Below, in pieces: positions 51,151 through 64,000 of a DNA stretch of 64,000 nucleotides. Positions within the stretch are counted from its first letter, which is position 1, and the number at the start of each line of letters is the position of its first letter. The stretch is from Octopus vulgaris (taxonomy: Eukaryota), in NCBI GenBank assembly GCA_951406725.2, contig OX597831.1:39618001-39682000 (forward strand), in the 5' to 3' direction. The notes beneath the pieces are model-generated. The model saw only the letters and a program-made list of their open reading frames with translations. It searched no databases and was not told the origin of the DNA. A program made the translations under genes and the position numbers.

Positions 51151-52949
51151 AAACATACAGTACACTCAGTAAAGTGGTTGGTGTTCGGAAGGGCATTGAG
51201 CTGTAGAAATCGTGCTGAAACACATTGGGGAACCTGGTGCAGCTCCTGTTAAACTGCTCGACCCATGTCAACATGGGAAAAATGGACGTTTAATGGTGTT
51301 AGGTTGGTGCATTGTTTTGTTTCAATACTTCAATGTAGTTGCTTTAAAGTATGCCAAGGGACTTTAGCGAAACTATATCAAACATTGGTAACCCTTTTTT
51401 GAGAAGCAAGCCGCCATTCAGAAAGTCCCTCGGGCTGCAGGTAGCCCGTGGCTGTTCTATGGCTTATGTTGATCACACCTCGTCTGTTTCATAGTGTTAA
51501 TTAAAATCTATATTCTGCTGTTCATAAGGTATGTGTTGTCAATACACACACCACACACATACACACAGAAGCGTGCGTGCACATATATAATAGCTACTGA
51601 AATCACTTCTAATTTTCTGAAATATGATATGTTAACATCCGCTATATAAAATTATTTATTCTCTCTGTCCAATCAATAACTATCAATACTCAATAACAAA
51701 AATTTATTATTTCTCAGAAACAATTATAGCCCTGCTAATCAAAGATAGTTATTGATGGCTGAATTGTTGGCGCATCGAACAAATTGCCTAGTGGAAATTT
51801 TCTTCCGGCCTTTTACGTTCCTGTGGCCAGCTCTGCCTTTCGCCCTTGAGCACTGGGGGGGGGTCAATGTAATTGACAAGCTCTCTCCTCGCCTCCAAAT
51901 TTCAGGTCTCGTGCCTACAGTAGAAAAGATTATTATTATCATTGACTTCACCTTTCATCCGTTTGGGGTCGATGAAACAAATTACCAGTCGAGTAAAGTA
52001 TGGTACCTGGGGGGGGGGGTGATTTGATTGACTAACCTTCATCCCCTTCCCCTGCAAATTTCAGGCCTTGTCCATAAATTAAAAGTAATTATTATTCAGG
52101 TCAACTTTGTCCTTCATGTTTTCGGGATCAATAAAATAAGTATCCGTTGAACACTAGGGTCAATGTAACCGACTAAAAACCCTTCCCCCGAAATTGCCCT
52201 GCTTTGTGTTATAACTTGAAATAACCATCACCACCACCACCACCACCATGACTACTACTGCAACACACAGTTGAGATTATGACATCATTCATCTATATAT
52301 TGCCTTTTCATACTTTCTTTCTCTCTCTCTCTCTCTCTCTCTCTGAATTCCATTCATATCTAGGTCATACAACTATATAACTGACCTTGGTATTTAACCG
52401 ATAGTTTTTCGGGTGGCATTCAAGCTAACTTCTGCAGAAGGTACCTCTCAGGTCTTTGGCCCCACTATAGGGCTGCTTTGCAGCCCTCTAACCCTTGTGT
52501 AGTGAAACTTATTTCTGCAAATGTGCTAAGCACTTCATGCTAATCATAGTTTCATCAATAAGCGTAGGAGCAAGGTAGGAGCAGTAAAAATAGGGAGTTG
52601 GGGTCAGTGGAGCCCCATTTAAACATCCCTTCAGAAATTGAATCTCCTTACAATACTCCCTAGGAGTTCATGGTATGAAATTCATTTTCATTGCTCCGAT
52701 CTGATTGCCAATGCCATGTATTTAGTTTAAAATTCAGTAAAAATAAAGGGGGGGGGGGTCAGTGGGACACCAATTAGGTGGCCTTTAAAAAAACAGACCC
52801 CCTTACGACATTCCCTGGGATTATGGGAGTTGCTGGTTTGAGTTTCGTTGTTCTTGCAGTAACAGCTTAGGAGGAGTTAATGAACATAAAAATATAATGG
52901 ATAGAGAAACATCAATCAAATTTATATTAAGATACATATATATATATAT

Positions 52950-53162
52950 TCTTTTACCCATTTGACTGTGGCTATGCTGGAGCACTGCCTTTAGTCGAGC
53001 AAGTCGACCCTAAGACTTATTCTTTATACGCCTATACTTATTCTATCGGTCTCTTTTGTCGAACCGCTAATTTACTGGGACATAAACACACCAGCATCGG
53101 TTGTCAAGCGATGTTGGGGTGGACAAATACAGACACAAAAACATATACTCACACACATACAT

Positions 53163-53217
<55 letters not shown>

Positions 53218-53384
53218 TACGACGGCCTTCTTTCAGTTTCCATCTACCAAATCCACTCACAAAGTTTTGGTTGGTCTGAGGCTATAGTAGAAAACACTTG
53301 CCCAAGGTGCCACGCAGTGGGACTGAACCATGGCACCATGTGGTTGGTAAGCAATCTACTTACCACACAGCCACTCCTACGCCT
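52950..53384 (-). mobile_element. SINE family A
   Basis: Full copy. Confidence 0.85.
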
Positions 53385-53774
53385 ATATATATATATATAG
53401 TACACCTGAACCGGTATATGTGTGTCAGTATATTTGTGTATATAATCAATAACAATGTATACTTTCAGATCAATCACACACTTTAAATGTGTTAAACTGT
53501 AACAACAAATCAATGAATCATTATATATTTATATTTAGCAAAGTAACAGTGGCTCAAGAGCTGAGAGTTTTATGTTGACACAATCACACACACACATTGT
53601 TTCGGGATGGACATTTTTTTTTTTTTTGCCAAATATACACCTGCACTATATATTCATTCTTGTGTGTATATATATATATATATATATAATAATAAAGGGT
53701 AAAATTTATTAATTCATAATTAATAATTTTACCAAGTAGTTTGGTACATTAAAATAACCTTTAAGGTAACATTA

Positions 53775-53854
53775 TACAAAAATTCTATAATTATAAGCAT
53801 AATTATAATTAGCCGACCCCTGATTATAATTATGCTTATAATTATAGAATTTTT

Positions 53855-53857
<3 letters not shown>
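53775..53857. repeat. AT-rich inverted repeat with 37-bp arms
   Basis: TACAAAAATTCTATAATTATAAGCATAATTATAATTA and its complement around the loop GCCGACCCC; one mismatch. Confidence 0.9.
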
Positions 53858-53894
<37 letters not shown>

Positions 53895-54924
53895 GTCAGT
53901 TTCAATCTTGCTTGCAATGTTATTCAGCGAAATTGGTACATAATGGGAAAATACTGTGAATTAAGTTTACCCTGAAATGTTAATTTGAATTGAATGAAAT
54001 GAGTCTCAGATTAATCGGTAAAGTAGTTTTCAAGATATTAGAGATTTTCAGGGTATAAATACCCAAAATGGTCCATAATAGGAAAATGTTCTGAAAGTAA
54101 TCATCCTGAAAGTGATTGGCTACTATTTCTAGAACACCCTACTACCAAGTAACAGCTATTTGCGATAAAGGAGCTGAAATACCTGAAATACATGGTAGCA
54201 AGGCATACAAAAAAAAAAAAGCAGCCAAATCTGTCCTTTCCTGGGACATTTACGTGTAATTTCGATGTCACATTTGTTGAAAGCATGTGAAATACTCTGG
54301 TAAATAAAAAAAAAACCCCACAAAACAAAATGTCGTTGCTGGGAAACTCAGATTTTCCCGGTGAACCAATGGGTCACGGGTGGTCTAGTATGTGTGTGTG
54401 TGTGTGTGTGTGTCCTTGCCTTTGAAACGTGGACTAGTTGAAGCAGGGACAACTGAAGAAGGGGAATATTCTTTATGTTTATCTCTTTGCCCTCTAAGGG
54501 CTGGCTTTGCAAATTTGCAACCCTCAACAGGGGTGTCAAATAGCAACCACACTTGTTGCATATTTGACCCCACTAGAGATGAATAGCTGGCAAATACTCT
54601 GCCAACTCCTTTTCAATTTGAGTCTTTTGAAAGAGGGCGATGGTGTCGAGCAACTTTGAGTAAGTCCTTAACACCACCATCCTCTCTTCAAAGTCTTTCA
54701 TCCACTGTTTGGGTGGGACAATCTCCCACTCTGACACAGTGTTGTTTGTTTTTTCTTTAAAAAAGTTCACAAAAAGCAAAATTTCACAGAGTTCAAAAAA
54801 AAAAAAAATGCAGGAAGGAAGGAAGAAGACAAGAAACAGTTCAAAAACACAGCAAACTATTCTGGCCATCCTGGTACTCCTTCTTACCACACAGCCACTC
54901 CTGCACCTATATATATATATATAT

Positions 54925-55081
54925 TGGCTGTGTAGTAAGTAGCTTGCTAACCAACCACATGGTTCCGGGTTCAGTCCCACTGCGTGGCATCTTGGGCAAG
55001 TGTCTTCTGCTATAGCCCCGGGCCGACCAATGCCTTGTGAGTGGATTTGGTAGACGGAAACTGAAGCCTGTCGTATATATG

Positions 55082-55116
<35 letters not shown>

Positions 55117-55325
55117 TTGTGTATCTGTGTTTGTCCCCCTAGCATTGCTTGACAACCAATGCTGGTGTGTTTACCTCCCCGTTTACTTAGCGGTTCGGCA
55201 AAAGAGACCGATAGAATAAGTACTGGGCTTACAAAGAATAAGTCCCGGGGTCGATTTGCTCGACTAAAAGGCGGTGCTCCAGCACGGCCGCAGTCAAATG
55301 ACTGAAACAAGTAAAAGAGAGAGTA
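54925..55325 (+). mobile_element. SINE family A (young)
   Basis: Near-consensus copy, head-to-head with a 5' stub at 54882-54908. Confidence 0.88.
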
Positions 55326-56374
55326 AGAGTATATATATATAAAAGTTTTTTTTTTGTTACAGTTATTCTCATAGTGAGTGTTTGTCTATTCGTTTATTCT
55401 CTTGTTTGTCATTTGACTGTGGCCATGCTGGAGCACTGCCTTAAAGTCTATTTTCCTGTCGAAGAAATCGACCCCAGGACTTATTCTTTGTACTTATTCA
55501 CCTGTATGTGTGTGTCTGTATATTTATGTGGATATCATCAACGACTATACTTTCAGATCAATCATGCACTTCAATGTGTTAAACCGGAACGACAAACCAC
55601 TGAATTATAGATATTAAAGTTGTTTTTTTTTGTGTTATATATATATGAATAATTTGTTTGTTTTACATAGTGTGTATAGTCTTTTATACGTTTCAGTCAT
55701 TTGACTGTGGCCATGCAGGAGTACTCCCTTGAAGGCTTTTCTAGTCGAAGAAATTAGCTCTAGGACTTTTGTTCCATTGGTCTCTTTTTGCCAAACTGCT
55801 ATGTTACGGGCATCTAAACACACCAACATCAGTTTTCAAGTGATGGTGAGGCAACACACACACACACACACACATATACAAGACGGGCTTCTTTCAGTTT
55901 CCATTTACAAAAATCCACTCACAAGGCTTTGGCTGACCTGAGGCTGTAGTAGAAGACACTTGCACAAGGGGCTGTGCAGTGAGACTGAACCCAGAAACAT
56001 GTGGTTGGGAAGCAGGTTTCTTACCACACAACCATGCCTGCGCCTATATACTTGTATGTATGTATATATGTGTGTGTATATATATATATCTATCTATATA
56101 TATATATATATATATCATCATCATCATCATCATCGTTTAACGTCCGTTTTCCGCGCTAGCACGGGTTGGACGGTTTCGACCGGGGTCTGGAGAGCTCGGG
56201 ACTGCCCCAGGCTCCAGTCTAGTCTGGCAGTGTTTCTACAGCTGGATGCCCTTCCTAACGCCAACCACTCCGCGAGTGTAGTGGGTGTTTTTTACGTGCC
56301 ACCTGCACAGGTGCCAGAGGGGTCTGGCATCGGCCACGTTCGGATGGTGCTTTTTTTTTTTTTTTTTTTTTTAT

Positions 56375-56842
56375 GGGGGGGTGCAGAAATATAGGGGAGC
56401 ACCAGTGGGAGGGGTGGTTCAGAGGACAGGTAATAGGCAAGTAGAACGTAGGATATCGAGAGAGGGGTAATGCATGGTGAAATAGCGTATTGAAGAGGGG
56501 GTTCAAAGAGTAGACACCTATAATGGTGGTGGGGGGTGCAGAAATATAGGGGAGCACCAGTGGGAGGGGTGGTTCAGAGGACAGGTTCTAGGCAAGTAGA
56601 ACGTAGGATATCGAGAGAGGGGTAATGCATGGTGAAATAGCGTATTGAAGAGGGGGGTTCAAAGAGTAGACACCTATAGTGGTGGTGGGGGGGTGCAGAA
56701 ATATGGGGGAGCACCAGTGGGAGGGGTGGTTCAGAGGACAGGTTCTAGGCAAGTAGAACGTAGGATATCGAGAGAGGGGTAATGCATGGTGAAATAGCGT
56801 ATTGAAGAGAGGGGTTCAAAGAGTAGACACCTATAATGGTGG
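56375..56842. repeat. Tandem repeat, about 156-bp unit x3
   Basis: TGCAGAAATAT at 56382, 56537 and 56694. Confidence 0.95.
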
Positions 56843-56919
56843 GAGAAACGACATCCGGTATAGTTGGAGCAAAATAGAGATATCCGGTATTGGTGGTGGG
56901 GGTGGGTAGGGCGGGCGCG

Positions 56920-57944
56920 CCGCGAAGAACCGGCAGCCAATTTCTAATCAGCCCTGTAAGGGATAGATCTTAAATATCTATAACGATAACTAGTGAATTA
57001 TACAGAATATGCAAAAACGAGGCGAGGCTGAAATAGTAAACAGAGTGGCGACTAGGGGGATCAGAATAATAATAATTAATAAATAATAATAATAAATAGA
57101 GATACGGATGAATTAAAGTTCAAAGATTTCTTATCTTGGGATCACTTCGTTTACGGACAGACTTGGCAAAAGGAGTTCGGAATCAAGAGTGAGGCAGGTT
57201 ACTAGCTTAAGTATGCATGGCCATGTCGAGGAGTAGGAAGAGGAGTCCAGACAGACAATGTAAAAAGAGGGGGAGAGAAGCCCCGCGAAGAACCAGCAGC
57301 CAATTTCTAATCAGCCCTGTAAGGGATAGATCTTAAATATCTATAACGATAACTAGTGAATTATACAGAATATGCAAAAACGAGGCGAGGCTGAAATAGT
57401 AAACAGAGTGGCGACTAGGGGGATCAGAATAATAATAATTAATAAATAATAATAATAAATAGAGATACGGATGAATTAAAGTTCAAAGATTTCTTATCTT
57501 GGGATCACTTCGTTTACGGACAGACTTGGCAAAAGGAGTTCGGAATCAAGAGTGAGGCAGGTTACTAGCTTAAGTATGCATGGCCATGTCGAGGAGTAGG
57601 AAGAGGAGTCCAGACAGACAATGTAAAAAGAGGGGGAGAGAAACTCCGCGAAGAACCGGCAGCCAATTTCTAATCAGCCCTGTAAGGGATAGATCTTAAA
57701 TATCTATAACGATAACTAGTGAATTATACAGAATATGCAAAAATGAGGCGAGGCTGAAATAGTAAACAGAGTGGCGACTAGGGGGATCAGAATAATAATA
57801 ATTAATAAATAATAATAATAAATAGAGATACGGATGAATTAAAGTTCAAAGATTTCTTATCTTGGGATCACTTCGTTTACGGACAGACTTGGCAAAAGGA
57901 GTTCGGAATCAAGAGTGAGGCAGGTTACTAGCTTAAGTATGCAT
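56920..57944. repeat. Tandem repeat, 363-bp unit x2.8
   Basis: CGCGAAGAACC at 56921, 57284 and 57647; copies nearly identical. Confidence 0.95.
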
Positions 57945-58621
<677 letters not shown>

Positions 58622-60102
58622 TTTCTGTGTGTGTGTATATATATATATATATAGGTTTGTGTGTGTATATATATATATATGTATACACACACATAATATA
58701 AAGGTATTGGCGTGTGAATTTGTGTGTATACAGGTATGTGTTAATTTTAGTATATTTTGTAATGTGTGTTGTGTACATGTATGTAACGTACATAATATAT
58801 ATATTGTGTGTATACATGTACACAAGCCCTTACAATGTATATAGATCGCCCACTCCTGCATCATTACAATCAGCTGTGTAATTTAGGTGAAGGTATTCTC
58901 ATGGCTCTCTTGTTCAGGTGGACTGGTAAGAATGACACGTGGATTTCATTTCAATCACCCCCCCTTCTCTACCTGCTTTTTACAATACACCCCCCTCTCT
59001 CTACATCGCAATGTTCTCAAACAAAAAATAATAATATACTCATCCTACCACTGCCTGTGGTGTTTTTATTACATATTTTTTCTGGTTTTGATTTGTTTTT
59101 CATTTTCTTTTCGAGTCTTAACCTTTTTGTTACCAACGCTGTCGTTGTTTCAATTAATTTTGAAAATATTGAAGTTAGTTAGGAAGATAAACCTTGCCAT
59201 TATTGATTTCAAATTTTGACACAAGGCCAGCAATTTCGTGGGAGGGGTTAAGTTGATTACATCAACCCCAGTACTCAGCTGGTACTTATTTCATTGACCC
59301 CAAAGGGATGGAAGTTAAAATTGACCTCGTTAGAATTTTGACCTCAGAATGTAAAGGCAGGTGCAATACCATTAAGCATTTTATCCAGCATGCTAAAAAT
59401 TCTGCCAGCTCACTGCCTTACCGTTTCATTACCAAACTGGCTCTGGCTCTGAGTAGAAATGTCTTGTTTTCAAAAGTTCTGAATTGAAATCTTACACCAA
59501 AGACTCTGTAGTTGGGAAGCGAACTTCTTGTGATCCACTCACATCATAAACCCAGTTTAATCAACTTCACCCTCACTGAAGTTATGGCTCTGTGATATGT
59601 AAGGTAGTACCAGTCAAATAGTGGTGTCGATAAGCTTGACTACGTTGCTTTCTCAAAATAACTCGTGACCTTGTGTGCCTAGGTTAAAAATCTCTCACCC
59701 TCCCAAGTTCTTTTCTTTTTTTTTTTTTTTGATTTTTTCTTATTTCATCGATGTTCGATGTAGGAACAACAAAGAGATAAAAAGAATTGTTGCAGTAGAG
59801 AAATCTGCTGTTATCTCTTTATGCCACATTTTGGTATAAAAATTTTTTTTAAAATCCATCAGTAAGTAAAAAAGACAAGACAAAAAAAAAAAAAAAAAAA
59901 AAAAAAAAAACACACACCAAAGCAAACAACAAAACATGTTGATGTTGGAATTCCTGCACTCTTTGATGTTTCCAATAACAACTTATGGATTTTGATACGG
60001 TGGGGGTCTTATAAAAGAAGTTGACAAAATAAAGATAGTGTATATACATGCATACATATATATATATACATATATGTGTGTATATATATATATATATATA
60101 CA

Positions 60103-60144
<42 letters not shown>

Positions 60145-60299
60145 TACATATGTATGTATGTACATTGTATTATATTTGACACAGCTGTGTTAAGAAATTT
60201 GCGTAACACCTTCAGCAAGTGTCTTGTATTATAACCGTGGGCTAACAAAAGCCTTTGTGAATGGATTCGGTAAACTGAAACTGATAGGACCTCATTGTA

Positions 60300-60353
<54 letters not shown>

Positions 60354-60361
60354 TGCATATG

Positions 60362-60405
<44 letters not shown>

Positions 60406-60896
60406 CATATTAGGTTGGTACATAGTTATTGCGGCTTTTTTGCGATAAATTTTATTCTACAAAAGCAATAGCAACATTTAACAAAAGACGTCTTTAGATG
60501 GTTATTCGTATTTCTTTATTGCCCACAAGGGGCTAAACTTAGAGGGGACAAACAAGGGCAGACAAAGGTATTAAGTCGATTACATCGACACCAGTACGTA
60601 ACTGGCACTTAATTTATCGACCCCGAAAGGATGAAAGGCAAAGTCAACCTCGGCGGCATTTGAACTCAGAATGTAACCGCAGAAGAGCTAGGTTCGTTTT
60701 ATGAGCTCATAAAACTTTCAGCTGTTTGAAGCCAAATCAAACTGTTTTTAAGTAATATATGTGCAAACATGGCTGTGTGGTAAGAAATTTGCTTCTGAAC
60801 CTCATGGTTGCACCTTGGGCAAATGTCTTCTAGTGTAGCCTCAGCCCAACCAAAGCCTTGTTAGTAGATTTAGTAGATGGAAACTCAAAGAAGTCC

Positions 60897-60933
<37 letters not shown>

Positions 60934-61131
60934 CCAGTACCGCCTGACTGGCCCTCGTGTCAGTGGCACGTAAAAGCACCCACTACACTCTTGGAGCGGT
61001 TGGCATTAGGAATGGCACCCGGCTGTAGAAACTCTGCCAGATGAGATTGGAGCCTGGTGCAGCCATCTGGTTCGCTAGTCCTCAGTTAAATCGTCCAATC
61101 CATGCTAGCCTGGAAAGCGGATATTAAATGA

Positions 61132-61172
<41 letters not shown>

Positions 61173-61599
61173 GTATAAATCTATGTCAGTGTTTGCCCCC
61201 CTCCCCCCCAACAACTGCTTGACAGCTGATTGTGTTTTTACATACCCGTACAGGAAAAACAAAACATGTATAGTATCACGATAATGAAATTAGCACTGGC
61301 TTATCTCACTCTGTCTCGCAGAACCCTAGGTTTCCAGGGAACCCTGGTTGAGAAACGCTGCTCTAGAAGGGTGTATCATGATTACCTAATGGTAATTAAG
61401 ACCGGTTTCACTTGAGGAGGAGGAAATAATGTCCACATTCAAGAATTCTCTCAAACTGACATGTGATTAAGGAAAAGAACAGGTTTAGTGTCTGGAGATA
61501 AGAGGACAATCATGGCCATGTGTTTCTGGATCAGTAACCATGATCAGCACAACACTGCCTGGCCTTATCTCCAGTAAGCAAAAAGACTTATACAAAACA

Positions 61600-62005
61600 G
61601 GTGTAGGAGTGGCTGTGTGGTAAGTAGCTTGCTTACGAACCACATGATTCCGCGTTCAGTCCCATTTTGTGGCACCTTGGGCGAGTGTCTTCTATTAAAG
61701 CCTCAGGCCAACCAAAGCCTTGTGAGTGGATTTGATAGACAGAAACTGAAAGAAGCCCGTTGTATATATGTATATATATTTGTATGTGTGTGTATATATT
61801 TGTGTGTCTGTGTTTGCTCCCCCCCCCATCACTTGACAACTAAAGCTGGTGTGTTTATGTACCTGTAACAACCCGGTTTAGCAAAAGAGACCGATAAAAT
61901 AAGTACTAGGCTTAGAAAGAATAAATCCTGGGGTCAATTTGCTTGGCTAAAGGCGGTGCTCCAGCATGGCCACAGTCACATGACTGAAGCAAGTAAAAGA
62001 GTAAA
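61600..62005 (+). mobile_element. SINE family A
   Basis: Full copy. Confidence 0.85.
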
Positions 62006-62052
62006 GGGTAAAACAGAATAGAAAGTATGAGAGGTGTATGTTGTCAGTTTAA

Positions 62053-62273
62053 CCCCTTTTGTTTGGATATTTCTGTTGAGATGCTCTGTGTTTCTTTTTA
62101 ATTAGTTATAAATATAACGAAGAATTTAGTAAAATAGCTTAGTTTACATTAAGCTAGTGTTAGGAATGTAAATCGTGATGAAGGTTTAGAAGATTTTGAT
62201 TCAGAACTTTTGAAAACAAGACATTTGTACTACAGAGCCAGAGGTGGTTTCAGGCGGGTTGGTATCAAAAGGG
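62053..62273. mobile_element. piggyBac-like MITE
   Basis: TTAA-CCCCTTTTG ... CAAAAGGG-TGAA (decayed TTAA). Related fragments at about 59420-59500 and 62327. Confidence 0.5.
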
Positions 62274-62369
62274 TGAACTAACCTTAGTATTTAACTGGTA
62301 TACAGCTATGATGAAGGTAAAAATGATTAATCCTTTCGATACCAAGTTGTCCGAGACCGTGTTTGGTTT

Positions 62370-63290
62370 AATTCATTTCATTCTTTTCCTATAAATTATT
62401 TTGATTTCCATCCACTTTCTTTCCTCTTATTCTTTCTACTCTCCTTCGTTTCATTCGTTGCTCTTTCATTCATTTCATTTTCCTCTCATTTTGCTTCATT
62501 TTCATCTAGTTTCTTTCCTCTCATTTCTTTCTATTCTCCATTTCATTTGTTGTTCTTTCATTTATCCTATTCTTTAACCATTTCTTTAATTTCATTCATT
62601 ATATTTTTCCACCTCTCTCTTTCATTTCATTCCTTCCTACTTTTATTTCCTCCTATCTCCCTTCTATCCCTCTCATTTCCTCTTTTCTCCTCTCATTCAT
62701 TTAATTTTTTGCTCCTTTTCCTTCATTTTATTCTTTTCTTTTTTTTCCTTTATTTCATTCTTTACTCTCATTAATCCATTTCACAATTCCACTCTTTTTT
62801 CTTTCTACCCCTGTTTCCTTCAGTCTTTCCCCATTGTCTTTCTCTGTTTCTTTCTTTTCTCTTTCCTTCTTCATTTTCATACTTCCTTTCTCCTGTTTCC
62901 TTCATTTCTCTCTCTCACCTCTCATTTAGGTCCTTCACCCTCTTCATCCATTCTACCTATGCTTTCATTCATGTATTTCATTCCTTATCTCCTTCCCACC
63001 ATTATATTTTTCTACCACATCTTCCCCCTCCCCACTCAGCCTCTCCACATTTTCTTACACCTTCCTCCTCTTCCATCTCCACCACTGCTGCCGCTTCCAC
63101 CACCATTTTAGCCCCTTATTTTTTTTCTTTCTCATCTCACCTGTTTCGTCTTTCACTTTTCCCTTTTCATTAAATTTCTTTCTTCTGGTCTTCTCCTTCA
63201 CATGCAGTCAAACTCTTGCTCTTTCCCTCTCCTTCTCACTCTGTCTTTCCCTTCCTTTTTTCTCTCTCACACATTCCTTTCTCTCTCTCT
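62370..63290. repeat. Polypyrimidine low-complexity tract
   Basis: Direct reading. Confidence 0.9.
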
Positions 63291-64000
63291 CATTTTGTTC
63301 TATGTTTGCTGTCTCTTTTTACCTAATACTCGCATGTATATACACATATATAATTATATGTGCATGTACACATACCTATGTGCACACACAAACATATATG
63401 TATATATACACACACACACACACTATGCATACACACACCCTTTATTGGTTTTTCTTTCATTTGAACTTTTGATTTTGTGCCGCCAACACCATCTTCACAT
63501 CTAAACCTTGCTTACTAGTAGAAAAGCTTTTAAAATGTTTCCAATACTGACGCGCGTGTACACACACATACATACACACACGTATATGTACGTGTTTGTG
63601 TGTATAATATATTCATGATTCTGCATGTGTGCGCATATGAATACTTGAATTTTATTTTAGTGGGTGGTAATAAAGAAAAAAAAATCGCCTACTTTCTGCG
63701 TGTATGTAAAAGCAGTATATTCACGTATACGTGTGTGTTGGTGTGGGTGTAATAAACACATTTAAAATTTATATATTTGGGTCTATATCAAATTCATATA
63801 TACACATGCTATACATGTATGTGTATGCATGTGTGGTGTACACACACACTCATCTACGCACACGTGCACGCTTACACTTGCAAATCTACATAATTTTATA
63901 CATAAAGTGTACGTATTGAGTATAAATGTGTGTATTATGCATAGTATAATGCATAGTGTGTGTATATATATATATATATACACACAGATATATATATACA

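Noticed and set aside
56920-57944. 363-bp units as hammerhead retrozymes
   Set aside because: The size fits, but no CUGANGA/GAAA core with stems was found on either strand; the nearest is CTGATTAGAAA with no stem II.
60409-60500. Mariner TIR-like TTAGGTTGGT...ATTGCGG
   Set aside because: Only one end was found, so it is not called as a complete element.

Overview
AT-rich, microsatellite-saturated animal DNA. The SINE repertoire and (TA)n/(TATC)n/(ATT)n load point to a coleoid cephalopod, most likely Octopus (inference). There is one confident gene segment: the first coding exon (+, 36469-37140) of a Golgi class I alpha-1,2-mannosidase (MAN1A-like, GH47), followed by an intron running past the window end. 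A candidate start-codon exon of a divergent gene lies on the minus strand at 1644-1772. The rest is tRNA-derived SINEs of several modular families, mariner/Tc1, hAT-like and other 8-bp-TSD MITEs (two triple-nested stacks), LINE remnants (RLE/R4-like, RTE, L1/Tx1-like), local tandem duplications and long hairpins. Almost all ORFs in the supplied track are microsatellite artefacts. The most interesting unexplained signal is a set of small (TA)n-embedded elements carrying Penelope-type hammerhead ribozyme motifs (8116-8160 minus, 34228-34317, 29530-29564, 31225-31258). Also notable are a hairpin whose transition-type mismatches are all G-U on the + strand (31625-31747) and a CpG-decay boundary near 18.5 kb that may mark the MAN1A transcription start. 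Repeat boundaries were read by eye and are approximate unless a TSD or TIR is quoted.
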